The notes: generated by a model from the letters alone, not told the origin. A stretch of 64,000 nt of DNA from an uncultured Alphaproteobacteria bacterium (GCA_963698365.1 CAVOQM010000015.1:9586-73585), one strand, 5' to 3'; shown: positions 43,741 through 54,321, counted from the first letter of the stretch. Program-made: numbers and translations.

Positions 43741-45144
43741 TCAACTCGTAACTTCAAATTTATGTAAATCCTCTTTTGCGAGAAATTGGCTAATAGCGGA
43801 AAAGTCCTCGACATCTTTTTTTGAACAACGCCTGAATTTGAACTGAGCAACACAATCCAAACTCATGAACTTCACCCCTCTATGAAAGAAATGAAATGCA
43901 GAATTCTCAATGATTTCATGGATATTTATACCGAGCGGCATGTATTCTTTATTGTGATTGGAGGTTACTCGGTCCTGCTCCATCTCATCAAAGACATCGG
44001 AGCAAATATAATCTATGTCATCGGCCTTACGAATCCCAAACAAACCAAGCACCGCGCCGGAGTCCACGCAATAGCTGTCGGCATCCCGCCCGGCTACCTC
44101 CTGCTCGCGAAGACGAGCCTTATACACTGAGAGTTTTTCATCAAATTCCGGATCTTTATTTGGCAGTCTATGATTGGCAAAAAATACCCAATTTTCATTC
44201 AACAAGTGCTTCGCGTAGTGCTCTGCATCGCTGATCGTATCACTTGAATGTATTATGCAAGGCTCTTCAGCCGAAAATAACTTGCGAACCTCCGTCTTCA
44301 GGTCGGCGCAGCTAATGCCTTCCTTTAATTCAACAACGTAAACTCGCAAGGCGCCAAATTCCGGAAAGCGAGCGCCTATGAATTTTTTCGTCAGCTTTTC
44401 CTGCCACCAGTCGTTATGGTCGTAGGCCAGTTTGACCACGTGCTCGACACCACCATCGGTCAGCAACAAATCCTTATGGTAAACAATGTCCGCGTGTTCT
44501 CGAATAGCCTTTTCGCATTCCTTGAGTTTGTTGATAGCTTCGGGAAAAAGAAAAAGGAAATGGCATCGTTTTGTCAGGTCCATATACGTTCGGATGACAT
44601 AATCAATATAGTGACGATTAATCCCCGCCCTTATCATGCCGTTGTAGTCAGACTGGTGAGCTTTGGGATCGCCATATACCGTTACGCATGGAATCTCCGC
44701 ATCGAAATAGGCGGCAGCTGCCACTCTATGTGCGTTACCAACCAGCGTTTGCTCGCAGATTGGCGCAGCCTCCCTGTCAAAATCAAACTCGCCATCCTTC
44801 ATGGCGTAAATGATCTTATTAAAATTCTGGATGTAATCCTGATAGCTGTTTTTCCGGCCGTCACCGTCCTTAAAGAATGTCGCGCGACTCTTTTGTACAG
44901 ATAAAAGATAATGCCAGTAAACATCCTCGCCTATGTTACTTGGGCCTTGACGTGACATCTGGTGTTTAACGTAGATATATCTCGAAATTATATCCAATCG
45001 GTCAAAACGAAGCAGGTCTCGTGCTTTTTTATAATAAATCGCGACATCGCCTAGCTCACCGAGATCATAAAATTTCAATACGTCAGGGTCTATGTTCTCT
45101 ATTGTTTTAGCACTTTGATTAGGGGCTCTCGGGGAAGAGGGCAT
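43741..45144 (-). CDS. Hypothetical protein of glycan cluster (AT-rich)
   Basis: 467-aa ORF in an AT-rich stretch; motifs GNAHRVAAA, IIHSSD, SGAVLGLFGIR..DDIDY. Confidence 0.75.
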   Translation of the reverse strand: MPSSPRAPNQSAKTIENIDPDVLKFYDLGELGDVAIYYKKARDLLRFDRLDIISRYIYVKHQMSRQGPSNIGEDVYWHYLLSVQKSRATFFKDGDGRKNSYQDYIQNFNKIIYAMKDGEFDFDREAAPICEQTLVGNAHRVAAAAYFDAEIPCVTVYGDPKAHQSDYNGMIRAGINRHYIDYVIRTYMDLTKRCHFLFLFPEAINKLKECEKAIREHADIVYHKDLLLTDGGVEHVVKLAYDHNDWWQEKLTKKFIGARFPEFGALRVYVVELKEGISCADLKTEVRKLFSAEEPCIIHSSDTISDAEHYAKHLLNENWVFFANHRLPNKDPEFDEKLSVYKARLREQEVAGRDADSYCVDSGAVLGLFGIRKADDIDYICSDVFDEMEQDRVTSNHNKEYMPLGINIHEIIENSAFHFFHRGVKFMSLDCVAQFKFRRCSKKDVEDFSAISQFLAKEDLHKFEVTS

Positions 45145-45419
45145 CGTTAAATTCTCCTGTTTATCCCCGCATTGCCGCTCTCGAATGCATTTCCGAGTTG
45201 GCTCAGGACTGCGATTTTATGATTTAGCTCTCGAGCATGCACCAACGCCGTACTCAATAACCGATAGCGTGTAGCGCCGCCGCCACAGTCACGCGGTTAT
45301 ACAGCGTCTTTCTTGGGCCGTCGACATAAGGCTTGCCCGCCAGTTGAACGACGTCACGATAAAAAAACTGCCGGCGTAGAGCGATCATCAAGTACGGGCC
45401 TAGTCGCATCCCACTAGTC

Positions 45420-46442
45420 TCACTCGAAGATTTCCAGATACAGCTTGTCAAGCGGAGCCCTTAAAAGACGAATCGGCCGGACGAGATGCCGCAATCTCGA
45501 TTTTCTTGGGCCATGAATAGGCACCGGCGCGGGCAGATGGTCGGAACTCTGCGGCAACTCCCGCACGATCCGGGAAATCAGCGGGAAGATCTGGTGCTCC
45601 CCCATCAGGCGTCGCTTGTTGTCCGCCATCGCCGCCTGAACATCCAGCAAGGAAGCAGGGTCACGCTCCAGCACCTCCAGGACCTGCTTCACCGCTTGCT
45701 TCGGGCGCCTGGTATCGATAGCGGTGAAGCCGCCCGGATGGAAATAGGCATCAAGACCGGGTCCACCTGCGACTATGGGGTAAACTCCCGCCAGAAGCGG
45801 ATCCGCAAGCTTTTCCGTCCAGCCGTGCGGATCAAGATTATTTTCAAGCACCAGATGATAGCGGAAACCGTCAAGCCCCTCGGCCTTGTCGCCTATTCGC
45901 TTAAACCCGCGCCCAAAGACAGCGAGCTGATCGCCGAGTTCGCCCTGAAGCATAGTCAGGAAACGCAAGCGGCGGATCTGGTTGCGATTAAGCGTCTTCG
46001 TCGAACAGACAGCCGACAACAGCCCGCGATTTTCCGTCTGCCCGCGCCCCTGCGCCAGGCTGTCGAAATCCATTATATTTGCAGCGCTCGCGCGTCGATC
46101 GAGGTCAACACCATAGAACCACGGCACGGCCGAATGCGATTTGAATGTCACGCCGTCAAAATGGTCTGGCAGCGTCGGCGCCAATGCGATGCCGAATTGC
46201 CGGACGAAATCCTCATCGTAGCGCCGGATTGATTTCGGTTCGGCCAGGATCACGATCCGCCGATGGCGCGGTACCGCCGTAACGAGGCCCGGAGGCGGTG
46301 CGTCCTGGACGACAAGCCAGTCGGCCGCTTCTCCCTCAAGATCGAAAACGAAGCGAAAGTCCTGCCAAACTCCGTCTCCCTTAGGCGTCTGCCGGAGGAT
46401 GAAACGACCACTCGGCAAGGTGGGAAAGTGGATAAGCGGCAT
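45420..46442 (-). CDS. GT10-like (alpha-1,3/4-fucosyltransferase family) glycosyltransferase
   Basis: VFGRG, FRYHLVLEN....GWTEKLAD.L.AG..PI matches the GT10 motif. Confidence 0.75.
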   Translation of the reverse strand: MPLIHFPTLPSGRFILRQTPKGDGVWQDFRFVFDLEGEAADWLVVQDAPPPGLVTAVPRHRRIVILAEPKSIRRYDEDFVRQFGIALAPTLPDHFDGVTFKSHSAVPWFYGVDLDRRASAANIMDFDSLAQGRGQTENRGLLSAVCSTKTLNRNQIRRLRFLTMLQGELGDQLAVFGRGFKRIGDKAEGLDGFRYHLVLENNLDPHGWTEKLADPLLAGVYPIVAGGPGLDAYFHPGGFTAIDTRRPKQAVKQVLEVLERDPASLLDVQAAMADNKRRLMGEHQIFPLISRIVRELPQSSDHLPAPVPIHGPRKSRLRHLVRPIRLLRAPLDKLYLEIFE

Positions 46443-46623
46443 TGGCAATCCTGTGACTTCTCCTAGGAGGGGGAGCGCAACGAAGATATTCGCTGCCTTG
46501 GGCGAGCCGGCGCTATATATCATGCGGATTTTAAACTTCAACAAAGCTCTTCAAGCCGAAAATCCGCAGAGGCGCTCGGCATAGCGCCCCGGTTGCGCGA
46601 GGACCTTCAGCGCACGGTTTCAA

Positions 46624-47455
46624 CTAAAGGAAGAACGACGTCAGCTTTCTCCACCGCTTGGACAGGCTGTTCCTCACTCGGTCCAGCACAGTTCTTTCCC
46701 TCGCATTTTCTCCCGCGCCATATCTGATCGGGACATTCTGTTGCCTGGCCCCTCTGGCATAGCGTCTATCCAAAATTCCTTCGAAGGGGATGCTTGCCAC
46801 TTTCTTGTATAAATCCATGTCCTTGACCCAAAACTGATTGATGCCGACCATCCTCGCGGGTCTATAATTACGTCGTTCCAGCAGCTGGCTTGCCAATCTG
46901 TCCTTGGCTGCTTGGTGCCTGTCTGTTTCAACGACGATAATTTTAATGTCATATGCATCGAAATCCAGCGTGTCCAACGCATCGAGCTCACCGCCTTCAA
47001 TATCGATGGTCATGAAATCGATGGTTTTGGGGGCTGCGGATCTCCGCAAAAACTCAGTTGTCCCGATTGGCAATATCGGCACCTCGCAATAGCTCTCCCG
47101 GGTGACCTCGGGGCGAGTGCGAATGAAATATTCCTTTTGCGCTTCATCGAAAGTCGATAGGGAGCCGATATCAGACATATAGAAAATCAGGGGCTTATCC
47201 GAGTTGCCGATCGCGGCATGTTCGCAGTAAGAGTTCGGTCGATTTCTCCTGCAATTCTGCAAAAAGAACCGGATGAGCCTCGACCAGAGCGCCTGTCCAC
47301 CCGGCCAACTCGAAGTGCAGCGTATTGGAGAGATGCCTGCCGTCGTGGCCTCCGATTTCGACGAAATAGCCATCCTTTTTTCCGGCAAACACCGCCGAAA
47401 GGAGGATGTCTTCGCCATGTTGGCTATAAAAGCCACCTGCATTCTCAGTTTCCAT
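46624..47455 (-). CDS. FkbM family methyltransferase; apparent frameshift near 47255
   Basis: YSQHGED, FVEIGGHDG..LSNT, WTGALVEA; other frame IDFMTIDIEGGE. Confidence 0.83.
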
Positions 47456-47877
47456 CAGGGCCGATCCAAGTTTATTTGCGAAAGATCCACACATGAATAG
47501 ATCTCCGCCAAATCAGCGAACCATCCGCCGATCATAATGCTTGATGCTGCAACCTAAAGACGGCGACATAACAGCCCCAAGCTCAGCACTGCCCCTTATC
47601 CGCCATGGCCATGCCACTTACCAGGCCAACCGGTGACTATCATGTTTCACAACCACTGTGGCCTCGTAATCAGTTGGCACCAGGTCAAGGCCACGAACCA
47701 CTTCGAGATTGTCTATCAGGCGGATAATCGGCATTGGTAATCCGCAGAAAGGCGGTTAAACCAGCAACTGTGAAAGTGCGGATACTTGCCGCCAGCATTC
47801 TTTGCAATAGGGCAAAGTCCGATGCTACGTCAACAATCACCGCAAGCATACGAAGCCTATCAGCGCAGGAAAAACCC

Positions 47878-48960
47878 ATGGCAGATCGCCCGATAGCATT
47901 GATCACCGGCATAACGGGCCAGGATGGCGCCTATCTGGCCCGCCTCCTGCTCGACAAGGGCTATATTGTCCACGGTATCAAGCGGCGATCGTCCTCCTTC
48001 AACACAGGCCGCATCGATCCGATGCTGCATGACAAGCACGAGGAAGGCGTCCGTCTGTTCCTCCACTATGGCGACATGACGGATTCCGCCAGCCTGATCC
48101 GCCTGATTGCCGAAGTGAAGCCCTGCGAAATCTACAATCTTGCCGCCCAAAGCCATGTGATGGTGAGTTTCGAGACGCCGGAATATACCGCCAATGCGGA
48201 TGCTATCGGCGCGTTGCGCATTCTTGAGGCGCTGCGCATTCTGGGCATGGTGAAGACCACCCGCTTCTATCAGGCATCCACCTCCGAGCTTTACGGCAAG
48301 GTGCAGGAAGTGCCGCAGAGCGAGACGACGCCCTTCTACCCTCGCTCGCCCTATGGCGCGGCGAAGCTTTATGCCTATTGGATGACCGTGAATTATCGCG
48401 AAGCCTATGGCATGCACGCCTCGAACGGCATTCTCTTCAACCACGAAAGCCCGCTGCGGGGCGAAACTTTCGTCACCCGCAAGATCACGCGCGCAGTGGC
48501 TGCAATCGAACTTGGCCTGCAGGACCGCCTGTTTCTCGGCAATCTCGACGCCAAGCGCGACTGGGGTCATGCCCGCGATTACGTGGAAGGCATGTGGCGC
48601 ATGCTGCAGCAGGACGAGCCGGACGACTACGTGCTGGCGACCGGCGAGACCCACGCGGTGCGCGAGTTCGTCGAGCGCGCCTTTGCCAGGATCGGACGGG
48701 AGATCGTCTGGAAGGGCGAAGGCGTGGACGAGGCGGGTATCGACGCGAATACCGGGGCCGACCTGGTGCGGATCGATCCGGCATATTTCCGCCCGACCGA
48801 AGTGGATCTTCTCCTCGGCGATCCGACCAAGGCTCACGAACGGCTCGGCTGGAAGCATACGACCCCCTTCGCCGATCTGATTAACGAGATGGTCGACGCG
48901 GATCTGGAGCTTTTACGCGTCGAGCGCCATGCGCGCCGCGCCTATGGCCGCGAAGAGTGA
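47878..48960 (+). CDS. gmd: GDP-mannose 4,6-dehydratase
   Basis: [37 protein letters not shown]. Confidence 0.97.
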   Translation: MADRPIALITGITGQDGAYLARLLLDKGYIVHGIKRRSSSFNTGRIDPMLHDKHEEGVRLFLHYGDMTDSASLIRLIAEVKPCEIYNLAAQSHVMVSFETPEYTANADAIGALRILEALRILGMVKTTRFYQASTSELYGKVQEVPQSETTPFYPRSPYGAAKLYAYWMTVNYREAYGMHASNGILFNHESPLRGETFVTRKITRAVAAIELGLQDRLFLGNLDAKRDWGHARDYVEGMWRMLQQDEPDDYVLATGETHAVREFVERAFARIGREIVWKGEGVDEAGIDANTGADLVRIDPAYFRPTEVDLLLGDPTKAHERLGWKHTTPFADLINEMVDADLELLRVERHARRAYGREE

Positions 48961-48986
48961 CAAGAGCCAAAATTCAGAGGCAATCG

Positions 48987-49928
48987 ATGACAGACGTAAA
49001 AGGCAGGGTGTTCGTTGCCGGCCACAAGGGCATGGTGGGATCGGCCATCCTTCGCCGCCTGGAACGGGAAGAGGCGGAAGCGGTCACCCGCGACCGCGCC
49101 GGCCTCGACCTGCTCGATCAGGCGGCCGTTCACCGTTTCTTTCGTGAAGAGCCGGTGGACGCGGTAATTCTTGCGGCAGCCAAGGTCGGCGGCATTCTCG
49201 CCAACGCGCAATACCCGGTCGATTTCCTCTACGACAACCTGCAGATCCAGAACAACGTCATCCATGCCGCCGCTGAAGCCGGCGTAAAACGTCTGGTGTT
49301 TCTGGGGTCTTCCTGCATCTATCCGAAGTTCGCCGAGCAGCCGATCCGCGAGGATGCGCTTTTGACGGGCCCGCTTGAGCCTACCAATCAATGGTACGCC
49401 ATTGCCAAGATCGCCGGGCTTTATCTCTGCAAGGCCTACCGCGAACAGCATGGCCTCTCATACATCTCCGCCATGCCGACCAATCTATACGGGCCGAATG
49501 ACAATTTCGACCTGAAGACCAGCCACGTCATGCCGGCATTGATCCGCAAATTCGTGAAGGCGAAAGAAAATGGCGCACCCTCTGTCGAACTATGGGGCAG
49601 CGGCTCACCCTTGCGCGAATTCATGCACGTCGATGATCTCGCCGACGCCGTGGTTTTCCTGCTTCGCGCCTATGACGGATCGGAACCGATCAACGTCGGA
49701 TCGGGTCAGGAAATATCCATCAAGGGGCTTGCCGAAGTGATCGCGAAAGCCGTCAACTTTAACGGCGAGCTGGTGTTCGACGCGACCAAACCGGACGGCA
49801 CCCCGCGCAAGCTCATGGATTCAAGCCGCCTCACCGCGCTTGGCTGGACGCCGAAAATTGCGCTGGAAGACGGTATCCGCACCACGATCGACTGGTTCCG
49901 CGAGCACTCGAAAGACATGCAGGCCTGA
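48987..49928 (+). CDS. fcl: GDP-L-fucose synthase
   Basis: AGHKGMVGSA, AAAKVGGI, GSSCIYP, YAIAK, PTNLYGP. Confidence 0.96.
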   Translation: MTDVKGRVFVAGHKGMVGSAILRRLEREEAEAVTRDRAGLDLLDQAAVHRFFREEPVDAVILAAAKVGGILANAQYPVDFLYDNLQIQNNVIHAAAEAGVKRLVFLGSSCIYPKFAEQPIREDALLTGPLEPTNQWYAIAKIAGLYLCKAYREQHGLSYISAMPTNLYGPNDNFDLKTSHVMPALIRKFVKAKENGAPSVELWGSGSPLREFMHVDDLADAVVFLLRAYDGSEPINVGSGQEISIKGLAEVIAKAVNFNGELVFDATKPDGTPRKLMDSSRLTALGWTPKIALEDGIRTTIDWFREHSKDMQA

Positions 49929-50190
49929 TTTCGCTAGACCCGTATCGTATCGCTCCGTAGCCCATTGCATTCCATCGACGTTTAAGAATTTGCAGAAGCC
50001 TTAATGTCCTTTGAGGGAAATTTCGGCTGACAAGTATTTTTTCGCCTGCTATCTCAAACTCTCGTAACGTTATTTACTGAAGCGGACAATCAATCGATAT
50101 CGATTCCAGCCCCTTCAATCCTAATGAAAGCATTAATTGCGGGAGCTCCCCTGGTATTGCCCGCAATTAGTGAGACGAGAGCGACAAGAT

Positions 50191-50745
50191 ATGACGGCAG
50201 CGCCTGAAAAGCTCCATCTTGGCTGTGGGCGGAAGATCATCGAAGGCTTTTACCATGTCGATGCACTGGATTATCCGCACGTCGATCACGTTGGCCCGGT
50301 GGAGCATCTCCCCTTCTTGAGCAGCAATAGCGCTCAACTGATCTACGCCTGTCATGTGCTGGAGCACTTCGGGCGGCACGAATACAAGGACGTGCTGGCC
50401 GAATGGTGCAGGGTCCTCGCCCCCGGCGGCGTGCTGCGGCTTGCAGTGCCTGATTTCAACGCCATCGCCGGTCTCTATCTTGAGCCGGGCAATGGCATCG
50501 ACCTGCCGGTCGTTCTCGGCCTCATTGTCGGCGGTCAGCGCGACGAGTACGATTATCACAAGATGGCCTTCGACGAGAAATGCCTGACAGAAGCGCTGCT
50601 TGAGACCGGCTTTTCCCAGGTTCACCGTTGGGATTGGCGCGAGACCGAGCACGCCGATATGGACGACTATTCGCAGGCCTACCTGCCGCATATGGATAAG
50701 GAACACGGCAGGCTGGTGAGCCTCAACCTCGAAGCCGTGAAATAG
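50191..50745 (+). CDS. Class I SAM methyltransferase domain protein
   Basis: LHLGCG, HVLEH, RVL.PGG.L.LAVPD, SLNLEAVK. Confidence 0.85.
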   Translation: MTAAPEKLHLGCGRKIIEGFYHVDALDYPHVDHVGPVEHLPFLSSNSAQLIYACHVLEHFGRHEYKDVLAEWCRVLAPGGVLRLAVPDFNAIAGLYLEPGNGIDLPVVLGLIVGGQRDEYDYHKMAFDEKCLTEALLETGFSQVHRWDWRETEHADMDDYSQAYLPHMDKEHGRLVSLNLEAVK

Positions 50746-50762
50746 GCTCGCGATTCCTCCGA

Positions 50763-52505
50763 TTAATATCCCGCTGCAAGCGATCCTTCGCGTCTGGGAT
50801 CCGAAGCGCCGTGCAATTCGCCGTCGACGATGGCAATCGACTGGGTGGAACCCATGGTCGACTTCACCGCCACCTTATGACCGCGCTCTTCCAGCAGGCG
50901 CACCGTATCCGGTGAAATTCCCTCCTCGACGCGGATTTCATCGGGCAGCCACTGGTGGTGAATGCGCGGCGCCGCCGTCGCCTCCGCCACGTTCATGCCG
51001 TGGTCGATGCCGTTGAGGATAACCTGCAACACGGTGGTGATGATGCGGCTGCCGCCGGGCGATCCCGTCACCAGCACCGGCTTGCCATCCTTGAACACGA
51101 TCGTCGGGCTCATGGACGAAAGCGGGCGTTTTCTCGGTTCCACCGCGTTGGCGTCGCCGCCGATCAAGCCATAGGCGTTTGGAACGCCGGCCTTGGCGGA
51201 AAAATCGTCTAGCTCGTTGTTGAGCAGCACGCCCGTTCCCGCCGCCATCATCCTGACGCCATAGGAGAAATTCAGCGTATAGGTGTTGGAGACGACGTTG
51301 CCCTCGCCGTCCACCACCGAATAATGGGTCGTCTGGCCGCTCTCGTAAGGAGTGAGGTTGCCGGGCTTGATGGTAGCGGAATTGGCCGCCTTCATCGGGT
51401 CGAAGTCGCTCATGCGGGCCATCGCATAGGCCTTGGACGTCAGTGCCTTCACCGGCACTTTGACGAAATCGGGGTCCCCCAGATATTCGGAGCGATCCGC
51501 ATAAGCGCGTTTCATGGCCTCCGCCATCACGTGGATCGTCGCTGCCGAATTGGCGCCGCTGGCCGCCAGATCGTATGGCTCCAGCATGTTGAGGATTTCC
51601 ACGATATGCACCCCGCCCGAAGAGGGTGGCGGCATGGAGGCGACCTCATGTCCGCGATAGGTGCCTTTCACCGGCTCGCGCCAGATCGCCTCATATTGGC
51701 CGAGATCACCGGCGCTCATCAGCCCGCCGGCCTCAAGCACCCTTGCGGCGATGGCATCCGCCACAGCGCCTTCATAGAAGGCCTTTGGCCCTTCGTTAGC
51801 GATCTTTTCCAGCGTCAAAGCCAGATCGGGCTGTTTCAATATCTCGCCAGGCTCGTAGAAGCCGCCGTCGGCCTTGTAGAAGACCGCGCGCGCCGCTTCA
51901 TCCGCCGCCAGGCTGCTGACAACGTCCTTCAACGATCCGGCAAGATCCTCCGATACCGTAAAACCGTCGCGCGCAAGTGCGATCGCGGGTGCTACGACTT
52001 CAGCGAAAGAAAGCTTGCCGCCGCCATAAAGCCGGTGCGCCTCGTAAAGTCCCTTCACCGTGCCGGGAACGCCGATGGCCAGCCCCGAAAATCGCGACTT
52101 CTGGCTGTCCGCCTCGCCCTTGTCGTCGAGGAACATATCGCGGAAAGCCTTTGCCGGCGCGAGTTCCCGGTAGTCGAGCGCCAAAGTCTTTCCGGTCTTC
52201 GCCTCATGGATCAGCATGAAACCGCCGCCGCCCAGATTGCCCGCGCGCGGCAGCGTGACGGCAAGGGCGAAGCCCACCGCGACACCGGCGTCGACCGCAT
52301 TGCCGCCCGCCTTCAGGATGTCGACGCCGACCTCGGTCGCCAGCGCTTCCTGGCTTGCCACCATGCCGTTTCTCGCCACAACCGGGTGGAAGCGATCGAG
52401 ATCGGAAAGGATCGGCGCGCTTTGCGATAGCGCAGGCAACGATGGAAGGACGGCAGCGCCTGAAACAAGGGCGGCCAAGGCAAACCGGCGGAACTGAAAA
52501 GACAT
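50763..52505 (-). CDS. ggt: Gamma-glutamyltransferase
   Basis: GGNAVDA, GGGGF, TTHYSVVD, LLNNELDDF, RPLSSMSP, GSPGGS. Confidence 0.96.
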   Translation of the reverse strand: MSFQFRRFALAALVSGAAVLPSLPALSQSAPILSDLDRFHPVVARNGMVASQEALATEVGVDILKAGGNAVDAGVAVGFALAVTLPRAGNLGGGGFMLIHEAKTGKTLALDYRELAPAKAFRDMFLDDKGEADSQKSRFSGLAIGVPGTVKGLYEAHRLYGGGKLSFAEVVAPAIALARDGFTVSEDLAGSLKDVVSSLAADEAARAVFYKADGGFYEPGEILKQPDLALTLEKIANEGPKAFYEGAVADAIAARVLEAGGLMSAGDLGQYEAIWREPVKGTYRGHEVASMPPPSSGGVHIVEILNMLEPYDLAASGANSAATIHVMAEAMKRAYADRSEYLGDPDFVKVPVKALTSKAYAMARMSDFDPMKAANSATIKPGNLTPYESGQTTHYSVVDGEGNVVSNTYTLNFSYGVRMMAAGTGVLLNNELDDFSAKAGVPNAYGLIGGDANAVEPRKRPLSSMSPTIVFKDGKPVLVTGSPGGSRIITTVLQVILNGIDHGMNVAEATAAPRIHHQWLPDEIRVEEGISPDTVRLLEERGHKVAVKSTMGSTQSIAIVDGELHGASDPRREGSLAAGY

Positions 52506-52625
52506 GGCTTGAACCTCGAATGGAGATCAACGTGGCATCCGTTCTTTCACAGTCTGTCGCGACAGCCCATGTCCCGCTACCCTCGTCTGGGGACGGTATC
52601 CGAATATGAACGGAGTTCTTTCGCC

Positions 52626-52982
52626 ATGATACAAGATTCCTCGACCCGGAAGCCTCTTCTCTCAGGCTCGCCTTTCGCTTTTCTCGTGCTTTCAGGCGCG
52701 TTTGCGTTTTTTTCCGCCAACCCGGCGCAAGCTGCGGGCGATGCTTATGAAGGTGGAAAACTCGCCAAAATCTGGTGCTCGGCCTGCCACGTCGTATCCG
52801 ACGACCAGCAGAGCGGGTCGGAGGCGGTGCCAAGTTTTGCGGCAATCGCCGCCCTGCCTGAGCGAAACGAGGAAACGCTTTCGGCCTTTCTGCGCGATCC
52901 CCACGTGAAAATGCCGGATATGAACCTCTCCAACACCGAGATCGCCGATCTCGTCGCCTATATTCTCAGCCAGAAGCGCTGA
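52626..52982 (+). CDS. Small c-type cytochrome
   Basis: Signal peptide, CSACH, distal MP. Confidence 0.88.
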   Translation: MIQDSSTRKPLLSGSPFAFLVLSGAFAFFSANPAQAAGDAYEGGKLAKIWCSACHVVSDDQQSGSEAVPSFAAIAALPERNEETLSAFLRDPHVKMPDMNLSNTEIADLVAYILSQKR

Positions 52983-53000
52983 TCGATAACTTGTCTCAAG

Positions 53001-53225
53001 CTCCCTCGGGGAGAGGGTTAGGGCGAGGCGGCGTCCCCTCTCCCTCGGGGAAGGGCCCAGCGTGAGGCGGCGTTCCTTTTCCCTCAGAGAGAGACCCAAG
53101 ACGAGGCGGAATCCCCTCTCCTTCAGGGAGAGGATTAGGGCGCGGCGGCGTCCCTTGTCCCTCAGGGAGAGACCCAGCGTGAGGCAGAGTCCCCTCTCCC
53201 TCAGGGAGAGGGTTAGGGTGAGGGG
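53001..53225. repeat. Six-unit tandem array with exact 39-bp period of boxC/REP-like palindromes
   Basis: Units start at 53001, 53040, 53079, 53118, 53157, 53196; consensus ctccctcagggagagg(g)ttagggYgagg plus linker cggcgtcccct. Confidence 0.9.
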
Positions 53226-53253
53226 CAATAATCCGGCAACGAGCGGAATTCCC

Positions 53254-54222
53254 TCAGCCTGGATTGAAGTCTGCCGCGACCGCTGCATGGAAGGAACCGG
53301 GCGGATCCCCTTTCGCCTCCGCCTCGTCCTCAAGTTCGGCATTGAAGACGCGGATCGATGCAAAGCTCGCCGCAAGCGCCGCACTCGCCAGAATGTGGTC
53401 GAGCATGCGGCCCCGGCCGCGGTGGATCACGCTGTAGCGGTCGACTGCCGCAAGTCCGTGGTCGAGCACGCGCATCGCCCTCGCCGCGAGGTCAGGATTG
53501 CCGGTCTCCTGCGGATCGGCGGCGATGATCCTGAGCGCCGCCTCCACTTCGCCAGCGTTGAAATCGCCGGCCACCAGAACCAGCGGCTCCGCTTCGCGAT
53601 CGAAAATCTCCTCCAGCGCCAGTCTGAGTTCCAGCGCCTGCGCCGACCGCTTCATGGCGGCCAGAAAAAGCCCCTCCGCCCAGCCCGGCACGTCCTTCCA
53701 GCGGCCTGCGCTTTCCTTTGCGCCTGGAATGGCGGCGGCGATGGGCGCGCGCAGGTGCACGGTGAAGAGATGGAGCCAGCGCCCGTCCGGCAGTTCGGCT
53801 GCGGTCTGCAGGACCGGGCGGTCGAAGCTCACGCCTTCCGCCTTCGCAATCGGCGGATCGGCATGGCGAGGCCTCCACAGCGGCGCTTCCACACGGGCAT
53901 GCCAGATGGAACTGGCCGGCTTCAGCGGATACCGCGACAGCACCAGCAGATTGTGCCGGTCCGCCGGTCCATAACCGATGGCTCTTTCGCTGGATACGCG
54001 GAAATAATGCGCATAGGGCGTATCCTCCAGCAGCGCCTCCAACGCTGGAAAGCTGCGGCGATCAGTACCCGCAACGTGCTGGGCGTTAACCTCCTGCAGG
54101 CAAAGGATATCGGCTTCAAGCGCCAGAAGCTCCGGGCGCAGCGCTTCGATCCGGGGCGCCAGATCGGCGGCGTCGAACCGCTCTCCACCAAAGGATTCCA
54201 GGTTGAATGTGGCAATGCGCAT
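53254..54222 (-). CDS. Endonuclease/exonuclease/phosphatase family protein
   Basis: IATFNLE, LCLQEV, AGDFN, LDHIL, SFHA. Confidence 0.88.
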   Translation of the reverse strand: MRIATFNLESFGGERFDAADLAPRIEALRPELLALEADILCLQEVNAQHVAGTDRRSFPALEALLEDTPYAHYFRVSSERAIGYGPADRHNLLVLSRYPLKPASSIWHARVEAPLWRPRHADPPIAKAEGVSFDRPVLQTAAELPDGRWLHLFTVHLRAPIAAAIPGAKESAGRWKDVPGWAEGLFLAAMKRSAQALELRLALEEIFDREAEPLVLVAGDFNAGEVEAALRIIAADPQETGNPDLAARAMRVLDHGLAAVDRYSVIHRGRGRMLDHILASAALAASFASIRVFNAELEDEAEAKGDPPGSFHAAVAADFNPG

Positions 54223-54321
54223 GAATTGCCCCGCCCCGTCTTGCCCAATCGCCGATTGGCGTTCATCCATTGCGAAAGATAGTAGCACCTGCCAAAGCTT
54301 TATGGACAATGAGGGTTTCCA

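Noticed and set aside
32020-50760. attR copy of the tRNA-Gly 3' end / integrase
   Set aside because: Only a 9-bp match (tcgcccgct near 40548) was noticed and no recombinase ORF is visible, so the region is not called a mobile element
53001-53225. CRISPR array
   Set aside because: Period only 39 bp; variable parts are short and related to each other, not unique spacers; no cas genes
52692-54282. ORFs with 13-aa repeats (52692..53384 -, 53062..54282 +)
   Set aside because: By-products of the 39-bp array and antisense to well-supported genes
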